This document shows positions 59,154 to 64,000 of a DNA stretch of 64,000 bases, piece after piece. The position numbers were made by a program, and so were the translations under genes. Below the pieces are notes generated by a model, which had not been told where the DNA came from, searched no databases, and saw nothing but the letters and a program-made list of their open reading frames with translations. Positions within the stretch are counted from its first letter, which is position 1. Every line of letters starts with the position of its first letter. Source of the DNA: Hyphomicrobiales bacterium (GTDB lineage: Bacteria > Pseudomonadota > Alphaproteobacteria > Rhizobiales > Methylopilaceae); assembly GCA_035547055.1 (NCBI GenBank), contig DASZVN010000057.1:25975-89974 (forward strand), given 5' to 3'.

Positions 59154-59213
59154 CCGGCTGCCGCGGTGCCGCCACGATTGGCGGTCATTCCACCAGCGGA
59201 AAAGGAGGGTTTG

Positions 59214-59405
59214 GCGATGCCTCCGATGGTTGCGCTGGCGGTCGCGGCGGCCGCGGTCACCTTGGGCGCGCGGTGGATGCAGCGCGAATGGCGCAGGGTC
59301 AATGCCGAGCTGGCGCGTGCGGACGCCGCGGCCCGGGCACCTGTCCGGACGGACATGCCGACCCTCCGCCAGGACCCCAAGACCGGCGAGTGGCGGCCCG
59401 GCTGA
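59214..59405 (+). CDS. hypothetical small membrane-anchored protein (63 aa)
   Basis: AAGGAGGG lies 7 nt upstream of the ATG. One N-terminal TM helix (MPPMVALAVAAAAVTLGARW). Confidence 0.5.
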   Translation, partial: AMPPMVALAVAAAAVTLGARWMQREWRRVNAELARADAAARAPVRTDMPTLRQDPKTGEWRPG

Positions 59406-59468
59406 ACGGGGCATGACGGCGGGCCGGGATTTCGCTAGCTTCCGCCGCCGCCAGACCCCCGAGAGCCC

Positions 59469-60386
59469 ATGCTAGCCGCCGATTCGCTGAGCCCGACCCG
59501 TTCGTTCCAAGGCCTGATCCTGACGCTGCAGCGCTTCTGGGCGGAGCAGGGCTGCGTCATCCTCCAGCCCTACGACATGGAGGTCGGGGCCGGCACCTTC
59601 CATCCAGCGACGATGCTGCGCGCCCTCGGGCCGAAGCCTTGGAAGGCGGCCTATGTCCAGCCGTCGCGCCGCCCCAAGGACGGCCGCTACGGCGAGAACC
59701 CCAACCGTCTCCAGCACTACTACCAGTTCCAGGTGATCCTGAAGCCGAATCCGCCGAACCTCCAGGATCTCTATCTCGCGAGCCTCGCCGCGATCGGCCT
59801 CGACGCCGCCGTCCACGACGTCCGCTTCGTCGAGGACGATTGGGAGAGCCCGACCCTCGGGGCCTGGGGTCTCGGCTGGGAGTGCTGGTGCGACGGCATG
59901 GAGGTCAGCCAGTTCACCTATTTCCAGCAGGTCGCCGGGATCGAATGCGCGCCGGTCTCGGGCGAGCTGACCTACGGGCTGGAGCGCCTGGCGATGTATG
60001 TCCAGGGCGTCGAGAACGTCTACGACCTCAGCTTCAACGGCGAGGACGGCACCGGGCGGGTCTCGTACGGCGACGTGTTCCTGCAGGCCGAGCAGGAATA
60101 CTCCCGGATGAATTTCGAGCACGCCTCGACCGACATGCTGTTCCGCCATTTCGCCGACGCCGAGGCGGAGTGCCGCCACCTGCTCGAGGCCGGCAGCGAC
60201 GGAGAGCACCAGACGATGGCGCTGCCGGCCTATGACCAGTGCATCAAGGCGAGCCACCTCTTCAACCTGCTCGACGCCCGCGGCGTGATCTCGGTGACCG
60301 AGCGGCAGAGCTACATCCTGCGCGTCCGCGAACTCGCCAAGGCCTGCGGCCAGGCGTGGCTCGGGACCGCCGGCGGCGGCGCCTGA
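59469..60386 (+). CDS. glyQ: glycine--tRNA ligase subunit alpha
   Basis: [36 protein letters not shown] is collinear with E. coli GlyQ. Confidence 0.95.
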   Translation: MLAADSLSPTRSFQGLILTLQRFWAEQGCVILQPYDMEVGAGTFHPATMLRALGPKPWKAAYVQPSRRPKDGRYGENPNRLQHYYQFQVILKPNPPNLQDLYLASLAAIGLDAAVHDVRFVEDDWESPTLGAWGLGWECWCDGMEVSQFTYFQQVAGIECAPVSGELTYGLERLAMYVQGVENVYDLSFNGEDGTGRVSYGDVFLQAEQEYSRMNFEHASTDMLFRHFADAEAECRHLLEAGSDGEHQTMALPAYDQCIKASHLFNLLDARGVISVTERQSYILRVRELAKACGQAWLGTAGGGA

Positions 60387-60396
60387 CGAGCCGACG

Positions 60397-61221
60397 TCAT
60401 CCCGCCGCGGCGTCGGCCTCGCCCCGGTCGTAGTCGGCCATGAGCGCTGCGTGGCGCCCCTCGATCCAAGAGCGCGTCTCGGGGTGGGTGATGATGTAGC
60501 GGCGGCCGTCGCGGATGGCGGCAAGGACGCGCCGTCCGACCTCGTCGGGCGTCAGGCCGGCGGCGATCTCGTCCGGCGTCTCGGCATAGGGATTGTCGCC
60601 CCAGCGCGCGCCGCGCGCGACGGCCGAGTTGGCGTAGATGGCGGTCGCGACCGCCGCCGGTGCGAGGATGGAGACGCCGATGCCGGTGTTCCGGAGGTCG
60701 TAGGCCAGCGCTTCCGAAAACGCGACCACGGCGAATTTGGAGGCGGCGTAGACGCCCGTCTCGCGGTGGCTGACGAACAGCCCCGCCATCGAGGCGGTGT
60801 TGACGACATGGCCGCCTTCGCCGTGGGCGCGGATGCGCGGCACGAAGGCCTGCACGCCGTGGATCGCGCCGAACAGGTTCACGCCGAGCACCCAATTCCA
60901 GGCGTCGTCGGTCACTTCGTCCATCGGGATGCCGCGCAGCACCACGCCGGCGTTGTTCATGACGACGTGGACCTTGCCGAATTCGCGATCGATCCGTGCC
61001 GCCGCGGCTTCGACCGAGTCCTTGCGTGACACGTCGGTCTCGATGCCGAGGGTAGGCACGCCGAGCGCCTCGACCTCGGCCGTAGCCTGAGCGAGCGCGT
61101 CGCCCCGAACGTCGAGCAGGGCGACCGCCATGCCGGCGCGGGCGAAGGTGCGGGCACAGCCGAGGCCGATTCCCGAGGCGGCGCCGGTGACGACCGCGAC
61201 CTTTCCGGCGAGATCTTCCAT
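60397..61221 (-). CDS. SDR family oxidoreductase
   Basis: TGAASGIG, NNAG, and catalytic Y..ASK (YAASKFAV). Confidence 0.9.
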   Translation of the reverse strand: MEDLAGKVAVVTGAASGIGLGCARTFARAGMAVALLDVRGDALAQATAEVEALGVPTLGIETDVSRKDSVEAAAARIDREFGKVHVVMNNAGVVLRGIPMDEVTDDAWNWVLGVNLFGAIHGVQAFVPRIRAHGEGGHVVNTASMAGLFVSHRETGVYAASKFAVVAFSEALAYDLRNTGIGVSILAPAAVATAIYANSAVARGARWGDNPYAETPDEIAAGLTPDEVGRRVLAAIRDGRRYIITHPETRSWIEGRHAALMADYDRGEADAAAG

Positions 61222-61232
61222 CGCTTCCCCCT

Positions 61233-62039
61233 TCAGATGCTCGGCGTCGCATCGAGCCGGGCGACGATGCCCGCGAGCGCGTTCGAGGCGGCGGGATAGT
61301 ACTGCATCACCAGCGGATCGTGGCCGGGCACGATGTGGTCGCGGCTCGGCGCTGCCGCCACGAGCTTCTCGAACGCCTCGAGCTGCTCGGCGGTCGAAAC
61401 GATGGTCGGGAACGGCCGGCCCTCGTCCATGTTGGCGTAGAAATGGGTGGTGTCGGATGCCAGCACGACCCAGCCGCGGCGGGTATGGACGCGGACGAAC
61501 TGGAGGCCGACCGAATGCCCGCCCGCATGGTGGACGGTGATGCCCGGCGCGATCTCGCCGTCGCCGCGGTGAAAGCGCACCCGTGCCGCGTAATTCAGCC
61601 GCACTAGGCCCACGACGTCGTCGATATTGAAGGGATGGTTCAGGAACGGATAGCGCATGTGGCGGCCGACCGCGTAGTGCATCTCGGCTTCCTGAAGATG
61701 GAAGGTCGCGTGCGGCAGCTTATGGAAATTGCCGACATGGTCGTAGTGCATGTGGCTGACGATGACGGTCGAGATAGCGGCCGGATCGACGTCGATCAGC
61801 TTGAGCGCGTCGATCGGGCAGCGCAGGAACGCGCGCTTTCTCTGGGCCGCCGTCTCGGCGGTGAAGCCGAGGTCGAGCAGATAGGTCTCGCGCGCCCCGC
61901 GGATCGCCCAGACATAGTAGTCGAGCGGCATGGGGCCGTCGTCGTGAGGATCGGCGCCGATGAAGTTCTCGGCCCGCGTCGCCGCCCGGGTGGCGTAGCG
62001 GATGGCGTAGATCTCGTATTGCGGCAGCCCCTCGGCCAT
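61233..62039 (-). CDS. MBL-fold metallo-hydrolase, N-acyl-homoserine-lactonase-like subfamily
   Basis: YEIYAIRYA N-terminus and SHMHYDHVGN (HxHxDH). Confidence 0.7.
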   Translation of the reverse strand: MAEGLPQYEIYAIRYATRAATRAENFIGADPHDDGPMPLDYYVWAIRGARETYLLDLGFTAETAAQRKRAFLRCPIDALKLIDVDPAAISTVIVSHMHYDHVGNFHKLPHATFHLQEAEMHYAVGRHMRYPFLNHPFNIDDVVGLVRLNYAARVRFHRGDGEIAPGITVHHAGGHSVGLQFVRVHTRRGWVVLASDTTHFYANMDEGRPFPTIVSTAEQLEAFEKLVAAAPSRDHIVPGHDPLVMQYYPAASNALAGIVARLDATPSI

Positions 62040-62149
62040 GGCGATTTCCCCGATTTGCAGCGGTGCTGGGTGACGGCATTTCGCCTCAATCCTATATCCA
62101 GATCCGATGCCGCCCGCCCGTTCGCCGGCGGCGGACCAGGAGACGAGCC

Positions 62150-62920
62150 ATGAATCCCCAGGAGCGCGAGGTGATCGACGGCATCTTCGACCGCCTCAAG
62201 CAGGTCGAAGGCCAGCCGCGCGACCCGGAAGCCGAGCAGCACATTTCGCAGCGCGTCGCCCAGCAGCCTTACGCGCCCTACGCCATGGCGCAGGCGCTCT
62301 ACGTGCAGGAGCAGGCGCTGAAGCAATATGCCGAGCGGGTGCGCCAGCTCGAGGAAGCCGCCAAGGCCGCCGAGGCGCAGCGCGCCCAGCCGGCCCAGGG
62401 CGGCGGGTTCCTGAGCGGGCTGTTCGGCGGCGGGGCGCCGCAGGCCGCGCCGCCCCACCCGGCGCCGCCGCAGCCGGGCTACGCCCCGCCGCAGCAGCCC
62501 GGCTATGCAACGCCCCCGCAATACCAGCCGGCTCCGCAAGGGCCGTGGGGCGCGGCCCCGGCCGCCCCGGCCGGCGGCGGCTTCCTCCGCAGCGCCATGA
62601 CGACCGCGGCGGGGGTCGCCGGCGGCGCGCTCCTGTTCGAGGGTATTCGCGGCCTGATGGGCGGCCACGGCGGCTTCGGCGGCGGGTTTGGCGGCTTCGG
62701 CGGCCAGCCGGTCGTCAACGAGACCGTCATCAACGAATACGGCACGCCCGGCGTCACCGATGCCTCCTCCGATCCCGGCTCCGCCGACTTCGGGGGGGCG
62801 GACGCCGAGTACCAGGATGCCGGCTATCAGGATGCCGGCTACCAGGACGGCGGCAGCGACGATTTCGGGGACGACGATTTCGGCAACGACGACGATTCCG
62901 GCGGGGGCAACTGGGCGTAG
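62150..62920 (+). CDS. DUF2076 domain-containing protein (low-complexity Pro/Gly-rich middle, acidic C-terminus)
   Basis: MNPQEREVIDGIFDRLKQVEGQPRDPEAE...YAMAQALYVQEQAL matches the DUF2076 N-terminal domain. Confidence 0.7.
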   Translation: MNPQEREVIDGIFDRLKQVEGQPRDPEAEQHISQRVAQQPYAPYAMAQALYVQEQALKQYAERVRQLEEAAKAAEAQRAQPAQGGGFLSGLFGGGAPQAAPPHPAPPQPGYAPPQQPGYATPPQYQPAPQGPWGAAPAAPAGGGFLRSAMTTAAGVAGGALLFEGIRGLMGGHGGFGGGFGGFGGQPVVNETVINEYGTPGVTDASSDPGSADFGGADAEYQDAGYQDAGYQDGGSDDFGDDDFGNDDDSGGGNWA

Positions 62921-62996
62921 GCCCCTGGCGGGCGCTCGGTGGTGCGCCCATAATCGCAATGGTGTCGCCGCTTGGCGGCACCGAGGACGTGGCCCG

Positions 62997-63278
62997 ATGA
63001 AAACGACCCTCGCGTCCCGCATTCTTGCCGCCGCCGTACTGACGGCGGCAATGGCTGCGGCGGCTCCGGCTCTGGCGCGGAAGCATCCCTCGCAGCCGAC
63101 GATTCTCGAGCCGGACCTGGAGACGCTGCCCTACGGCCTGAACCCGCCGCCGCAGACGCTCTATCCGCAGCCGCGCTCCACGGCGACCCAGCCTCTGCCC
63201 AGGGTCCATTCCCAGGTGCCGGTCGGCCGCGCCCAGCCCGGCGTCACGCCGTACGAGCTCCTGCCCAATCATCCCTGA
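62997..63278 (+). CDS. hypothetical small secreted Pro-rich protein (93 aa)
   Basis: Signal peptide MKTTLASRILAAAVLTAAMAAAAPALA. Coding status is uncertain in this GC-rich context. Confidence 0.4.
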   Translation: MKTTLASRILAAAVLTAAMAAAAPALARKHPSQPTILEPDLETLPYGLNPPPQTLYPQPRSTATQPLPRVHSQVPVGRAQPGVTPYELLPNHP

Positions 63279-63406
63279 CGGGCGCGGCGGGAGCCGCCGC
63301 GCCGCCGGCACGGATGGCCTTTGCGTCCGATTCGCCCTTCGCGCTATCAGAGCGGCGCGTGATCCGCGCCGTCTTCGGCTTTGGGGCGCGCGCCGGGGAA
63401 TTTCGC

Positions 63407-64000
63407 ATGCTGCCCGATTTTCTGTGCATCGGCGCCCAGAAGGCGGCGACGACCTGGCTCCATGTCCATCTCGCCACTCATCCCGAGCTGTGGCTGCCGC
63501 CGATCAAGGAGCTGCAGTATTTCAACCACCTGTTCATCGAGGACGATCGCCGCTGGACCCATCGGCACCTGGGGGACCATGCCCGTGCCGTGCTTCGGCG
63601 CCACGTCAATGCCGGCGGCGAGATCGACCTCGACTATGTCGGCTATGTCAGCCGCCTCGCGACCGAGGAGCCCTTTACCGAGGCCTGGTACCGCCGCGCC
63701 TTCGATCGCCCGGAAGCGGCTGGCCGGCTCCGCGGAGACGTGACCCCAGCCTACTGTGCGATCGGCGCCGCCGGGATCGCCTATCTCCGCTCGCTGCTCG
63801 CAGCGGTAAAAGTCATCTACATCATCCGCGATCCGGTGGAGCGGGCGCTGTCGCATCTGCGCATGATCGCCGAGCACCGCGGCGTCGCCGCGCCCGACGA
63901 TGCGAAATGGGAAGAATTCGCCGCCGAGCCGATGGTATGGGCGCACAGCGCCTATTCGGAGCACGTGCCGCTGTGGCGCGCGGCTTTCGCGCCTGGCGAC
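63407..64000 (+). CDS. sulfotransferase family protein, N-terminal 198 codons; runs off the window end and so is absent from the ORF track
   Basis: My translation: MLPDFLCIGAQKAATTWL (PAPS 5'-phosphosulfate-binding loop) ... IIRDPVERALSH (3'-phosphate-binding motif). No stop through 64000. Confidence 0.75.
   Translation, partial: MLPDFLCIGAQKAATTWLHVHLATHPELWLPPIKELQYFNHLFIEDDRRWTHRHLGDHARAVLRRHVNAGGEIDLDYVGYVSRLATEEPFTEAWYRRAFDRPEAAGRLRGDVTPAYCAIGAAGIAYLRSLLAAVKVIYIIRDPVERALSHLRMIAEHRGVAAPDDAKWEEFAAEPMVWAHSAYSEHVPLWRAAFAPGD

Noticed and set aside
59406-59468. T-box or other leader upstream of glyQ
   Set aside because: The gap is only 63 nt, and T-box leaders are not expected in proteobacteria. 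No conserved structure is evident.

Overview
This 64 kb window looks like chromosomal DNA from a very high-G+C alphaproteobacterium, probably Hyphomicrobiales/Rhizobiales-like. That placement is inferred from synteny, REP families and a tRNA-His lacking G-1; I cannot name a species. Most of it is densely packed housekeeping and metabolic genes:
- yebC-ruvCAB-orf80-ybgC
- gap-pgk-fba (class I)
- DUF4164-zapA-6S RNA-ygfA-ymdB
- glmM
- degP with a two-component pair
- rpmG
- topA-rnr
- ispB-DUF2007-methyltransferase-glyQ
- an orphan peptide-type ABC importer
- a four-gene MCE/Mla-type locus
- two small enzyme clusters: one of oxygenases and reductases, one BKACE-centred

I called about 72 CDS, 2 tRNAs (Ser-GGA, His-GTG) and one candidate 6S RNA. 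Two real genes are absent from the supplied ORF track: rpmG, and a sulfotransferase running off the 3' end. There are also several families of intergenic palindromic or mosaic repeats.

I found no CRISPR array, transposase, integrase, phage genes or recognisable defence-island hallmarks. The only clearly accessory stretch is about 49.96-53.5 kb around the two tRNA genes. It holds a visibly lower-G+C islet with a secreted Ntn hydrolase and a 5'-truncated OMP gene, followed by an aldolase and a MazEF-type TA pair.

I do not see a self-contained, clearly novel system. The best candidates for under-described biology are:
- the hybrid Mla/Pqi-like MCE locus, with an internally duplicated MlaD extension
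- the BKACE-dehydrogenase-cupin operon
- the six-gene oxygenase/reductase cluster
- the tRNA-Ser islet
- small conserved-looking ORFs (orf80 in the ruv operon; a promoter-equipped 77-aa ORF beside topA)

Product calls come from motif and family recognition by eye. Starts were chosen from SD/start-codon context and are less certain than frames and stops.
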